Assembly: GCF_001194135.2 (NCBI RefSeq)
Contig: NC_068984.1
Coordinates: 110,847,510-110,911,509 of the forward strand
Source of the DNA: Octopus bimaculoides
Taxonomy: Eukaryota
Direction: 5' to 3'
DNA: 64,000 bases
Position 1 is the stretch's first letter. Each line of letters begins with the position of its first letter. Under the pieces are notes generated by a model, which was not told the DNA's origin, did not search any database, and saw only the letters and a list, made by a program, of their open reading frames with translations. A program made the position numbers and the translations under genes. Positions 1 to 12,109 of the stretch are shown piece after piece.

Positions 1-76
1 TATATATGTGTGTATATATATATACATGTATATGTATATATATATATATGTGTGTATATATATATACATGTATATG

Positions 77-107
<31 letters not shown>

Positions 108-314
108 GTGTGTGTGTGTGTATATACATGTATATGTATATATATATATACATATATATACATATATATACATATACATATATATAGACATATATATTTA
201 TAAATAACATACATATAATATATATATTATATATAAATATATATGTATCTATGTGTACACATAGACACATAACTCATTGATATATACATATATATGTGCC
301 CGTACATGTGTGTA

Positions 315-359
<45 letters not shown>

Positions 360-370
360 TACACACGCAC
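1..370. repeat. Compound (TA)n/(TG)n/(CA)n microsatellite; representative of dozens of similar tracts across the window
   Basis: Directly visible dinucleotide runs. They produce the [12 protein letters not shown] pseudo-ORFs in the ORF track. Confidence 0.97.
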
Positions 371-660
371 ACATAAATGCACTCTTACGCATGCACAAGC
401 TAACTTGCCAACAGACACACAGTTAAAAACATACATGGAAACTGACACAAGTACTTGTAAATAAACTCTGAAAAACAAATCCGCATATATGCACACATTA
501 ATGCATATACACAAACAAACGTACAGTGTTATACCAATACTATCTTTGGGTAAAAAAAGTTTTAATTTTTGACATCTCATGAATGGAAAAAAAGCAAAAG
601 TAAACAAAAGACAACAAAATAATAATAATAATAATAATAATAATGATAATAATAATAGTA

Positions 661-786
661 ATCCTTTCTGCTGTAGGTACAAGGCCTGGAATTTTGTGTT
701 GGTGGTGGTGGTGGTGGGGGGGGATAGTTGATTACATCGACCCCAGTGTTTCACTGGTACTTAATTTATAGACCCCGAAAAGATGA
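661..786 (-). mobile_element. SINE family A fragment (3' part)
   Basis: Reverse complement contains CTTTGCCTTTCATC...GGGGTC.ATAAATTAAGTACCAGT, shared with copies at 12775, 41340, 50105 and 59940. Confidence 0.75.
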
Positions 787-1025
787 AAGGCAAAGGGGTT
801 ATGTGATCATGAAAATTTTCAGTCATCCATTCCTGTGTTACTAGAGCCACGTGTGATAGTGCAGAATCTTACTGAAACACATAAGGCTTTCCATTGCATA
901 CACTCAGGACATCAATGTAGGCAGTAGAGTTGACCCTAAGGCCTTGTGCAAAGAAGTAAGGAGGCATCACATGTCATTCATTGCTGACAACCCCTAACAC
1001 CATGACAGTTGCAGGAAATTTTGTA
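787..1025 (-). mobile_element. Tc1/mariner DD37D (maT-like) transposase fragment, pseudogenised
   Basis: Minus-strand translation HTKFPATVMVLGVVSNE*HVMPPYFFAQGLRVNSTAYIDVL..NGKPYVFQ*DSALSH..TQEWMTENFHDHITP. Similar to the element at 4200-5042. Confidence 0.8.
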
Positions 1026-1059
1026 TGCATAACAATCGGAACTTCAGAAGGGTCTCCAC

Positions 1060-1325
1060 ATGATATATACAATATAAAGGACATAATGGAAATTAATACG
1101 CCCAAGTCAAATTTTGCAACATCACTATATCACATATGAAAAAGGACATCACTTAAATGGCAACCATTGTCAGCTTTGCATACCTGTGCTCTTTCCAAAT
1201 CTGGCACCATAACACCCTCAAGAGTTTCAGACCCCACTTCTCTGATTTCTCTATTGATGTTCTCCTTCAGTTGCACCAGAGGCTCCGGTTTGTTGACCTA
1301 AACCCTCTCTTTCAGGTATCCATGA
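1060..1325 (-). mobile_element. Tc1-like transposase C-terminus plus 3' flank (inverted copy of 1510-1730)
   Basis: Minus-strand translation GYLKERV*VNKPEPLVQLKENINREIREVGSETLEGVM...LSDVLFHM*. The DNA aligns by eye with the plus-strand copy at 1510-1730. Confidence 0.8.
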
Positions 1326-1329
1326 TTGA

Positions 1330-1812
1330 GACCTTTTTACACCTGACCATTCAAAGTAGACTTCACACATGGTTCCAGCAAGATGGGGAAACTTCACATA
1401 CTGTAAGAGAAACAATGCAGTTGCTAAGGCAGTGCTTTGGAGAGAGAATAAACTCCCACTACAGCAATGTCAACTGGCCTTCACGTTCCCCAGACTTGAC
1501 TAGCCCAATTTGTGGGGATACCCTAGTGCAACTGAAGGAGAACATCAATAGAGAAATCAGGGAATGGTCTGAAACTCTTGAAGGTGTTATGGGTGCAAGT
1601 TTTGGAAAGAGCACAGGTGTGTGAAGCTGAAAATGGACGCCTCCTAAGTGATGTCTTTTTTCATGTGATGTAGTAGTGTTGCAAAATTTAACTTGTGTAT
1701 ATTAATTTCCATTATTTCTTTTATAAGGTATCAAAATTTCAGGAATTTATTTGTGAAGTTAAGGAAGTTATTAAAAATGAAATCCCATCAGTGACTTTTG
1801 GGACACCCTGTA
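1330..1812 (+). mobile_element. Tc1/mariner-superfamily element, 3' half with right TIR
   Basis: TWFQQDGETSHT...WPSRSPDLT catalytic-core motifs in ORF 1157-1624. Terminus GTGACTTTTGGGACACCCTG followed by TA at 1811-1812. Confidence 0.85.
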
Positions 1813-1905
1813 TATATACACATATATATATATATATTTATATAAGGGCATTACTACACAATAATGCCAAACAACAGACTTCCCAAACACATTTTGAATT
1901 TATTA

Positions 1906-1941
<36 letters not shown>

Positions 1942-1951
1942 NNNNNNNNNN

Positions 1952-1984
<33 letters not shown>

Positions 1985-2425
1985 ACACACTCATACATGT
2001 ATATGTGGGTGTGCGAATGCTTGAATGCTTGAGTGTTAACTGAAAAGAGGAGAGAAGAAATGAAAGTACTGTAGTCTATACTAGAAAATGAGTGTTAATT
2101 TTTCTTTTATTGCAAGCTGGAACTTTATAATACATTCCTCTATGTTTCTCATTCCCAATCTTTGGTAGACTTTAATGAGAACTTGGTGTAATGACTCGTA
2201 AATTTTCAACTTCCCCAAAAAATGTGTCCGTGTGTATGTATATGCATCTGTATGCTTGCACACATATTTGCATGTGTGCATGCATGCTCACTCATAATGT
2301 GTATGCGTCGTTTGTTAAATATTCTCAAGCTAATCTTATCTGAGGGTGTGTTTTAATATGTTCAAATAAAATAAATAAAAAAAAACTTTATTTTCACATC
2401 CTGCTGCCACCTGTTTTTATATTAG

Positions 2426-2516
2426 ACACTGGGGTGCTCTTTGATTCCAGAACGGTACCCATACTATTTGGGCACAAAGACTATGAATCACAACCACTCG
2501 AGAAAGTTTTAATCAA
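2426..2516 (+). CDS. Candidate internal coding exon of an unidentified host gene (TGVLFDSRTVPILFGHKDYESQPLEKVLI)
   Basis: Acceptor tttttatattag|, 91 nt open reading, donor |gtaaaa; non-repetitive sequence. No homology recognised. Confidence 0.35.
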
Positions 2517-3282
2517 GTAAAATATCCTTGGAATTCTTTGTGCTAACCATTTTAATTTGTTTTTACTGAAGTGTTAATGCGTATGAGAAACAAAAACAGA
2601 CTTACTGTTTTTGGTTTACTGCTTTTTATCTACTTTGCTCTTCTAATGATTTCCACCATTCTCTAAGAAATTAAGAATTATTAAACTTCTGTGTGTGTGT
2701 GTGTGTGTATGCATGTGTTCTTAAGTGACACTACGGCACTCGTAGAGACATATACGCATGCCTGTTTTGTATGTGTTTCTTTGTGTGTGTTGTGTCGTTG
2801 GCAATTTTTTACGGATGAAAACACACACTCACAAGAAAAAAAAAAGGTTTCTAGAAAGAATAAAATAAAACAATTTTGGAAAATAAAAATATTAAAAACA
2901 ATAAAATTTATTTTTAAAAGTGTTTTAAAAAAACAATAGTAAAAAAAACAAAACAAATACAACGAAAACAACCCTTTCCCTAATAAATCCTGAAAAATAT
3001 CATCAATAAAGCAAAATAAACGGATGAAAATTGAAGGAGGGAAATGAGGCAAAGAAAGAAAGGAACATTATGTACAAGAGATTACAATCTTGTTGTTTTT
3101 TAATGACTTTACATCCTTTTATTTGTTATTTATCATCTTATCTAAAAACCTCTGTAAACAACTTTTTCATTTTGTTTCAAGTGCGTTGGTTACTTTCGAG
3201 CCTTCTCTCAGCTGTATTATAACCGTTTCTGTATTGGTGTAATGTGTATGATAATTTGTAAGTAAGCATGTATGTGTGCAAA

Positions 3283-3313
<31 letters not shown>

Positions 3314-3573
3314 ATTCACTCACAAAGATTAACATTTCAGTACAGACCTTCATTCTTGTCTGTGATTTTTGTTAGTATGAAACAACATCATTGAATGTAG
3401 CTGTGTGTACTTACATATGTTTGTCTATATGAGTGAGTTTTTATGTGTGACTATGCACATATGAGTGTGTGTGTGTGTATATATTATTTTTACAAGGAAA
3501 TAATAATTGATTGTGACTTCGAAGTTTCACCTTAGTCACCATCTTCAGGCTGTCAAGTACATTTAACTTTCCA

Positions 3574-3622
<49 letters not shown>

Positions 3623-3685
3623 ATAGGAGTAAATGTAAGGACAAGCAAGTAAGGCAAGTTCTCAATATATTTTCTCCCTTTGTGC

Positions 3686-3715
<30 letters not shown>

Positions 3716-3716
<1 letters not shown>

Positions 3717-3978
3717 AACAATTGCAGTGTGGAAGGTGTTTATAAGCCATTTAAAATAACACACAAAATCCGTTAGATTCACTTAAACATTTAAATTTAA
3801 TTTGTCAAAATATTTTCAGCGCTTTGAGACCATGACCTGTTCACTGACAAAATTCTGTGCTGCATCTCAGATGCAGCACAGAATTTTGACAAATTAAATT
3901 TAAATGTTGAAGTGAATCTAACGGATTTTGTGTGTTATTTTAAATGGCTTATAAACACCTTCCACGCTGCAATTGTTT
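3716..3978. repeat. Long inverted repeat / foldback element (~260 bp)
   Basis: 3716-3811 pairs with 3883-3978. Perfect 20-bp hairpin centred on 3868. The left arm carries an extra ~37 nt (about 3812-3848). Confidence 0.92.
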
Positions 3979-4199
3979 TCGTTCCAGCACACGATCTCAG
4001 ATCAGGTCACTTACTATGCAAGTACATCTCCGTAATATATATATATATATATATGTGTATATATATATATATTTACATGCACACACATATATATAATTAT
4101 GTATATGTGTGTGTATGTATGTTTGTGTGCATGTATATATGTAATTGGTGTTGCAAATGTGACTTTCAGGTTGGTGTCATGTAATAGTGGGTGTATGTA

Positions 4200-5042
4200 T
4201 AAACAGGGTTTGGTGAATAAACTGCCGTTTAAATTATGCAAAAATGGAAAACAACACTGACATCTCATTTTAACAGATATAGTTACCAAAATTACATAAA
4301 AATATCTTGAAATACTAAAGAGTGAATTTAGTCAATAAAATTGCCATTGGCTTCATCCTCGGTCACCAGACGACTTTGGAATATCCTGCAACTCTTCTGG
4401 ATGGTCTCCTTGTTTAAGCTGGTGAATGCTGCTATAATCAGTTCATCTTAGGTGTTACAAGGTGTTATTGTTGGTCTCTCACTCAACTGCTCCCCACACA
4501 TGATAATCAATGGGTTTGCAATCTGGAGAGTTAGGTAGCCAGATGTTAAGAGTGATGAGATTGCAGATATGAATGTGTTCTCCTGCTTGTGTGGCATGGT
4601 GCAGAGTCCTTGTTACCTGACACAGGGTCTTCCAGCAGCCACACTCTTGACCCACGGTAGGTCTACCTCTTTCAGGCGCTTGATGTAGGCCTCCGTGTTG
4701 AGTGTGAGGCCATGTGGGATGATGAATGGAGGCATAGCATCACCATCACTAGTGATCACTCCAAACACCATGATGATGACTGGATGTTTGATTTTGTCAC
4801 TCTCAGTATTTCCAAATCCCCTCCACTGTCCTCAGATTGACACCTAAACACTCTGAAATGTTCGTATTGGAGCTTCTGGCATGAATGCCAAGCAGTACAG
4901 CATGTCATTTCCAAATTTCTGGCAGAGTGGATTGCGTCATGGTGCTGTTTTTCTCACAGACAGTACCCAACTAACCCTACTATACTGTGTAGTCAACAAA
5001 ATCAAAAACAAACAATGCACATGCATGAAATTAATAATATGA
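4200..5042 (-). mobile_element. Internally deleted DD37D (maT-like) mariner
   Basis: Minus strand: HAVLLGIHARSSNTNISECLGVNLRTV (HTH region), KIKHPVIIMVFGVITSDGDAMPPFIIPHGLTLNTEAYIK, IWLPNSPDCKPIDYHVWGAVE*. TIR-like CAGGGTTTGG at 4204. The 5' non-coding end matches 38330-38471. Confidence 0.88.
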
Positions 5043-5911
5043 ANNNNNNNNNNNNNNNNNNNNNNNNNNNNNNNNNNNNNNNNNNNNNNNNNNNNNNNNN
5101 NNNNNNNNNNNNNNNNNNNNNNNNNNNNNNNNNNNNNNNNNNNNNNNNNNNNNNNNNNNNNNNNNNNNNNNNNNNNNNNNNNNNNNNNNNNNNNNNNNNN
5201 NNNNNNNNNNNNNNNNNNNNNNNNNNNNNNNNNNNNNNNNNNNNNNNNNNNNNNNNNNNNNNNNNNNNNNNNNNNNNNNNNNNNNNNNNNNNNNNTATAT
5301 ATATAAACGGTTATTGAAATGGTATACATACATATTGTTTGGAGAATCGAGACATAGAACATAAAAGAGGAAGAAAAGAACAAGGGGATGAAAAGGTAAA
5401 TGTTTATAGTGTACTTCACTACAAAAATGTAACCAACTTGGCAGATGCCACCAGTCTAGGTTCAGCAAGGTTTTGTTAACTGCTCAACCAGATCAATGTT
5501 TTTATCCTCCTTTTCTTCCTAATACTACCCCATAATTGTTTACTTTCCATTCTTTCTCCTCTGTCCCTCTTTATTGTGTTACTTCTTTCTCCATTTATAG
5601 ATGGTATATTCATCCAACCAATCAAACTATCTCTAGAAATATTTTCATATTACATGCCACAAAATATGCTCTATTATGCCACACCAATTTTGCATCCACA
5701 TTGCTACACCCACAAGATGAACCAAAACTACAATATAAGTTTTCAAAAACTAAGTGACTAAACTGAAACATCAAAGCCACTTATAACATTTCCCTTGTGA
5801 CAGTAATATAAATACCCTAACATTCGCACAAGTTATGTGTGTATACATAAGTATACTTATATATCTGTGTGTATGTGTGTATGCGTTTTTGTTGACACAC
5901 ATACATCTCCA

Positions 5912-6072
5912 GCGATGATCTCTCCTTGGAACTGTATATAGGATTGACACATGGATTATAGTGAATATCTTTTTATTGCTCTTTGCACTGTACTAGTATT
6001 CCAGAACCATCCTGATGGAATAGATTCTTTTAGAAAACAGAATAATACAAATTTTGTGTTTGTAATGTCAAT
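5912..6072 (+). CDS. Candidate host exon; reading frame ambiguous (MDYSEYLFIALCTVLVFQNHPDGIDSFRKQNNTNFVFVMS from ATG 5951, or DDLSLELYIGLTHGL)
   Basis: Acceptor catctccag| at 5911 and strong donor |gtaagt at 6073. The two frames are separated by a stop codon. Confidence 0.3.
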
Positions 6073-6749
6073 GTAAGTAAAATGATTATGTATATATTCT
6101 TGAATTAAATTTTAATTTGAGAATCCCATGTAGTATGAAGGGATAATATCGCAGAGGAAAAGAAGAAATCCCCATATATGAAGTACAGTCGTTTGGTAGG
6201 AATTCGATATTACATATTGGTGCCTTAATTTTCTTCAACACTTTTGGCAAATCAACTTACACAATGATGGAAAAAGTGAATCTAAAATTATCTCTAAAAG
6301 ACATACACGTCTAACATTTTACACCATTTGAAACAAGAACTGTTTCTACTCTGTAAGGTTGATTTCACAATGTTTTTTCTTTAAAAGAGAGTGAATCAAA
6401 AAATTGCTGCCATTTGGTAGAGGTGAGGCAAAGGAATTGAGAGAGAGATTCTTATGAGTTCTGCTTTAGATAACCAAAATGACTGAGAGATTGCTGTTTT
6501 CTCATTGGTCCTGTGAAACTGTTGCAAAACAGTGAATGGTTCATCTGTTGCATGAGGATCACTAAATAGACACTACGTATTCACGTAATGTCATTCTTGT
6601 AGCAGTGTATAATTACACATTTATTTATATATACATTTCCAGTATTTGCAAGCAGGGTGTAAATATTTATGTCACTATTTTTACAACTTTGAAAGCTGAA
6701 TGAATTAAGCAAGCTGTTTGCAAGTTCATTAATTAAACTCAGCTAACTG

Positions 6750-7080
6750 GTGGTGGCGGGGTGGGGAGTTAGATGGATGGGTGAGTGCTGGAGTATGGCT
6801 GATGGAGAGAATGTTGAGAAGGGATGATGGCTGTGGCAATATTCATGGGAAAATTGTGAAGGATAGGTGATGGTTGTTGAGGTGAAAGGGAGGAGAGGTG
6901 ATAGCTGTGTTGGTCTGGTTTTGATGAAGGGAGTGATGAGAAAGGATGATAGCTGTGGTGATGTTTGTAGGAATATTGTAAAGGATGGGTGAGGGCTGTA
7001 GAGGCAAGAGGGAGGAGATGTAGTCTTGGTGATGCTGGTAAAAACATGACTGATTGTTGTTGAAATGTTGGAATATCTTG
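6750..7080 (+). repeat. G/purine-rich degenerate tandem repeat (~120-bp unit, two copies)
   Basis: gaagggatgatggctgtgg...gggaggagag (~6818-6915) recurs as gaaaggatgatagctgtgg...gggaggagat (~6939-7040). Strongly G-skewed. Confidence 0.6.
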
Positions 7081-7656
7081 AAATACTGACACCCTTTCTC
7101 ACAAACTCACACCGCCTCCACAAACTACCACCTCTTAAATACTCCTCCCACTATCTCCCACATAAACAAAATAAACACTTATTATCAGTAAACTTATTTA
7201 CGAGCTTAAAGACTTTGTAACAATTATGAAGTCATTTGGAAAAGATGGGATAAAAATGAAAATATATCTGACAACAAAAAGAAGTGATGTTGAACAAATA
7301 GAAATAGACAGAAAAAAGGGAGAGGAAATAAAGAAAACGGGGAAGTAAGGGAACAGAAATATAGGGGAATGAGTTTGTTTCGCATGTGTGTGTATGTGTG
7401 TGTGTGTGAAAGAGAAGGAAAAGTAGAGAGTTTGAAACAATAAAGGAATTAATCACAAAATATGACGTTAGGAAATTTCTCCTTATGTACATATGCACAA
7501 ACATACAAAAATACATATGTACAGGTAAGAAATATACATATATACGGGCATACATATGTACATATACACATACATAAAAACATACATGCAAACATACAAA
7601 CATTCATATATACAACCATGTATACATAGACACATAGATACAAACATATACATACA

Positions 7657-7690
<34 letters not shown>

Positions 7691-8574
7691 CAAGCAAAGA
7701 GTCAGACAAATTGAGACAGTCATGTAAATAGTTATATTGTTAAATAGATGCACAGATAGATAGATTAACAAATTGTTAGATAGATAGATTGACAGACAGA
7801 TAGATAAATAAATTGATTTATACACGTGTATTTGTATATGTGTATATGTAAATGTGTGTATGTGTGTGTATAGGGACAGAGAGAGAGAGAGAGAGCAGAA
7901 ATACAGATCATAGATACATAGATATGAGAATAATGTCTGGTGTTTTGCAGGATGAAATTACGAATAGGGGTTAGAGAATAGAATGTGTAAACAAAGAAGA
8001 TAGAAATAACGAAATGCTAAAAGGACTGTGAGCATACATTGGTAGCTCCTGCCCCACCTTAAATCCTTTTGCCTGCTTTCAAAAGAAAAAGGAGAATGTA
8101 GTCAATGTACTGATGTTTGATCTTAAATCACAGGACTCATACACATGTACACAAAGAAACAGAGAGGTACGGTTTCAATCCCTCTGCATTGCAGATTGGT
8201 CAATTGTTATTTTCATTAGCCTCCAGTTGACCTTTGCCTTAGGAGTGAAATTGGGTAGGTAGAAACTTTATAGAAACCCATCAAAAGAATAGTACTTGTA
8301 ATTCAAAAGGTACACTCTTGCCATACTCACACACTGTGTCATGTTGCATCTGCTTGAAAATTATGTTAAGAGTACATGGGACTGTGGAATACTCAACCAT
8401 ATATATATATGTTAATACACACATACAGTAAAATATATATATATATGACTACATTTTATAAACAAACTTTGGAAGCATTGATTGCACTTACAGACAAGAA
8501 AGTAAATTTTGAATGTAATTTAGCTGCATAAACAGCAGAAAGATTGGGTATTTTACCGTTATATGACAGAAAAA

Positions 8575-8655
8575 GTTGCCAGCAGACGGCCTTGGGTCTC
8601 ACACTCATACCCCTCAGATACAGGCTGAGTAATCTACCATTAAGCTAAACAGTCC
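8575..8655 (-). pseudogene. Degenerate tRNA-like sequence / SINE head
   Basis: Reverse complement GGACTGTTTAGCTTAATGGTAGA (A box)...GAGTGTGAGACCC (decayed B box). No intact cloverleaf. Confidence 0.5.
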
Positions 8656-8811
8656 ACTCATATATTTTAACCTTAGCTTAGCTAATTAGCTAAGCTATGG
8701 GTAAAATAGCCAGTCTTTCTGCTGCTTTTATGGCTATATTGCATTCGAAATTTACTTTCATGTCTATATGTCCATCTATCTATCTATCTATCTATCTCCC
8801 TCTCTCTCTCT

Positions 8812-8857
<46 letters not shown>

Positions 8858-9122
8858 CTGGCATCACTCCAGAACATTTAGTTTATAGAAATAAACATAG
8901 TGCTGAGTAGTTATGATAAATATGTATATATTATAACTACTCTGTTTTAATGTATATCTACCTGCTCAATGATGAACCACTTCTAGCCACCTTTGATAGG
9001 CAATTTCAGCACCACATTTTTCAGTTGCAGCTCAAGTGGTAAACCTAACTGAGCACTCATAGTACATACCTATTACATTTCATCAGTCGACAAAAGATTT
9101 TGCATATACGCTATATGTATGT

Positions 9123-9548
9123 CAGGGCCGGATTAAGACCCATTGAGGCCCTAAGCACTTAAATGATTTTGGTGCCCCCATAAAAGATTATGTAAATCAA
9201 AATATAAGCAATAACAAACCATAAAATAAATTTTTATTTTTCAAAACGAAACAAAACAGTAAGAGGGAAAAATAATGTTTATTTTTGTATATTTCTACTT
9301 TTTTTATATTTGAAAAGTTTCCTCCTACTTTTTTGAATTGCAAAGTCTTTGATCAAATCCTCAAAATTAACCTTAGGTAACACATCTGCATCTATACTTA
9401 GTAGCGATAAAGGTATCCCCCAAATTATTTTAGCAAGTTTAAAGTGATTTCTTTTGTGCCATAAACCATTTACCATTTCTGTGGTGCCCCTCCTTCTCTT
9501 GATGCTCTGAGCATATGCCTATTTTACTTAATGGTTAATCCAGCACTG
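9123..9548 (-). mobile_element. Non-autonomous hAT element (426 bp) retaining the transposase C-terminal dimerisation tail
   Basis: TIRs CAGGGCCGGATTAA / TTAATCCAGCACTG. 8-bp TSD ATGTATGT (9115-9122) / CTGTATGT (9549-9556). Minus-strand LSLLSIDADVLPKVNFEDLIKDFAIQKSRRKLF. Confidence 0.88.
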
Positions 9549-9609
9549 CTGTATGTATATGATGGGATCTCCTGAAGACAGTGTTCAGTTTTTACGGAAT
9601 GACCTGCAC

Positions 9610-9840
9610 AAATAATTTGTTTGTAGTGGTCAAATGTATGCGCTGTACATTAGCTCACTTCTTCCATCAAATCAATGTTGCCTGTTGAGATGCAGAAGTG
9701 TTCCATACATCAAATGTCGAAATGGTCAGAGAGCTATGTTAAATGAAGTGTTTTGCTCAAGAACTCAACACATTGCCTTAACTGGAAATCGAACACACAA
9801 TCTAGCAATTATGAGTGCAATATCCTAATCACCGGGTCAC
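9610..9840 (-). mobile_element. tRNA-headed SINE (family F), decayed
   Basis: Head and the gtgttttgctcaagaac..acac body resemble 16250-16382 and 52905-53100. Confidence 0.6.
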
Positions 9841-9912
9841 ATACTTTCTCATATACATATATGTATGCATGTATGTTTGTGTGTATGTATGTATATGTAT
9901 ATATGTGTGTGC

Positions 9913-9951
<39 letters not shown>

Positions 9952-10059
9952 TACATATACCTACATAGATATCTGTATATATATTTATATTGGTATGTAT
10001 GTATATATACTTATAGATATACATATACATAGACACACACACACACACATATCTGTGCA

Positions 10060-10105
<46 letters not shown>

Positions 10106-10630
10106 NNNNNNNNNNNNNNNNNNNNNNNNNNNNNNNNNNNNNNNNNNNNNNNNNNNNNNNNNNNNNNNNNNNNNNNNNNNNNNNNNNNNNNNNNNNNNNN
10201 NNNNNNNNNNNNNNNNNNNNNNNNNNNNNNNNNNNNNNNNNNNNNNNNNNNNNNNNNNNNNNNNNNNNNNNNNNNNNNNNNNNNNNNNNNNNNNNNNNNN
10301 NNNNNNNNNNNNNNNNNNNNNNNNNNNNNNNNNNNNNNNNNNNNNNNNNNNNNNNNNNNNNNNNNNNNNNNNNNNNNNNNNNNNNNNNNNNNNNNNNNNN
10401 NNNNNNNNNNNNNNNNNNNNNNNNNNNNNNNNNNNNNNNNNNNNNNNNNNNNNNNNNNNNNNNNNNNNNNNNNNNNNNNNNNNNNNNNNNNNNNNNNNNN
10501 NNNNNNNNNNNNNNNNNNNNNNNNNNNNNNNNNNNNNNNNNNNNNNNNNNNNNNNNNNNNNNNNNNNNNNNNNNNNNNNNNNNNNNNNNNNNNNNNNNNN
10601 NNNNNNNNNNNNNNNNNNNNNNNNNNNNNN

Positions 10631-10722
10631 TCTTCTTCTTCTTCTTCTTCTTCTTCTTCTTCTTCTTCTTCTTCTTCTTCTTCTTCTTCTTCTTCTTCTT
10701 CTTCTTCTTCTTCTTCTTCTTC
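10631..10722. repeat. (TCT)n trinucleotide microsatellite next to an assembly gap
   Basis: About 30 perfect units. Confidence 0.97.
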
Positions 10723-11028
10723 CTATTTTATTTATTTTTTTTTATGTGTACATTTAAAAGATTTTCATCTAACTAATTAATTACCAAAAAGAAATAATGA
10801 TAATTTGTAAGGTTGACATGAGACTGTATATTTGGGTCAGAGGGTTATAGTGGATTAAATTAATCCCGATATTATTGACTTTCATCAGAAATTTAACCTT
10901 CCACAAGAAAAATGAAAGCTTTTAATGATTTCCACCTCCATCCTTCAAAACTGAGAGCTTCTGCATAAAATGATAGTATCACATAGGTTTTGTTAAATTT
11001 AACATTTAACCAGGTAATGTAAAATATC

Positions 11029-11520
11029 ATCATCATCATCATCATCATTTAACGTCCACTTTCCATGCTGGCATGGGTTGGACGGTTTGACTGAGGACTG
11101 GCAAGCCAGGAGGCTGTACCAGGCACCAGTCTGATCTGGTAAGGTTTCTACAGCCAACCATTCCAAGAGTGTAGTGGGTGCTTTTTACGTGCCATTTGCA
11201 TGGCAGCCAGTCAGGAGGTGCTGGCATCGACCATGCTCAAATTGTGCTTTTTACATGCCATTGGCATGGGAGCCAGTTAGGTGGTGCTGGCATCGACCAC
11301 ACTTGAATGGTACTTTTTACATGCCACCAGCATGGGAGCCAGTCAGATGGCACTGGCAATGACCACACACGAATGGTGCTTTTTACATGCCACCGGCACA
11401 GATTCCAGTCAGGCATTCGCCACAACAACGATTTCACTTGACTCAATAGGTCTTCTCAAACACAGTATATTGCCCAATAATTGAAGGGTACTCTTAGATG
11501 GGCCGGTTATACAACACTGT
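11029..11520 (+). mobile_element. Dispersed repeat family D ((CAT)n-TTTAACGTCC..CCATGCTGGCATGGGTTGGAC) with an internal ~66-bp minisatellite
   Basis: Same start at 11690, 14760, 20470, 31640 and 50620 (+) and at 41590 and 53960 (-). The (CAT)n run suggests it is the 3' tail of an element on the opposite strand (inference). Confidence 0.75.
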
Positions 11521-12109
11521 TATAGAATAAGCACCTGGCTTTCAAAAAGTACTAGAGTATTTGTTCAACTAAAATCCCCCAAGACGGTGCCCCAGCATAG
11601 CCACAGTCTAATTACTTGAACAAGTAAAACACAAAAGATGTTTGTTGGAGTGTATATACATACATACACCCACATGTATATCTTCATTGCCATTATCATC
11701 TTTTTTAATGTCCTCTGCCATGCTTGCTTGGCTCAGATGAAATTAGTTGGAGCAGATTTTGTTGAGTAAGGTAATATTTGCTTGGGGCAAGACATTTTCT
11801 CAGAAGACTAGAAATGAATGGTGTTGTTTATATGATGATGATGATGATGCTCATTTATAATTCTTTCTGAAATTGACTGTGAGCTGGCCGAATCTTTGGA
11901 GCATCAGAAAAAATTGTTTTGTGATATTTCTTCTGGCACTAAATGTTCTGAATTCAAAACTTGCTGAGGTCAGCTTTGCTTTTCATTCCTGTGAGGCCAT
12001 TGAAACAAAACACCAGTCAGGTACTGTAGGGGTTGATGTGCTACATATAACCAGAAAGGAATATTGATGATCTAATGCTTTATAATTCATACAAAATCAC
12101 TGCAGCTAA

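Noticed and set aside
6743-7123. 126-aa and 107-aa Ser/Pro/His/Thr-rich ORFs
   Set aside because: They arise from the C-rich strand of a degenerate tandem repeat; no splice or homology support.
9080-9086. CTGATGA on the minus strand; another at 59078-59084 on the plus strand
   Set aside because: No stem II hairpin followed by GAAA, so these are not hammerheads.
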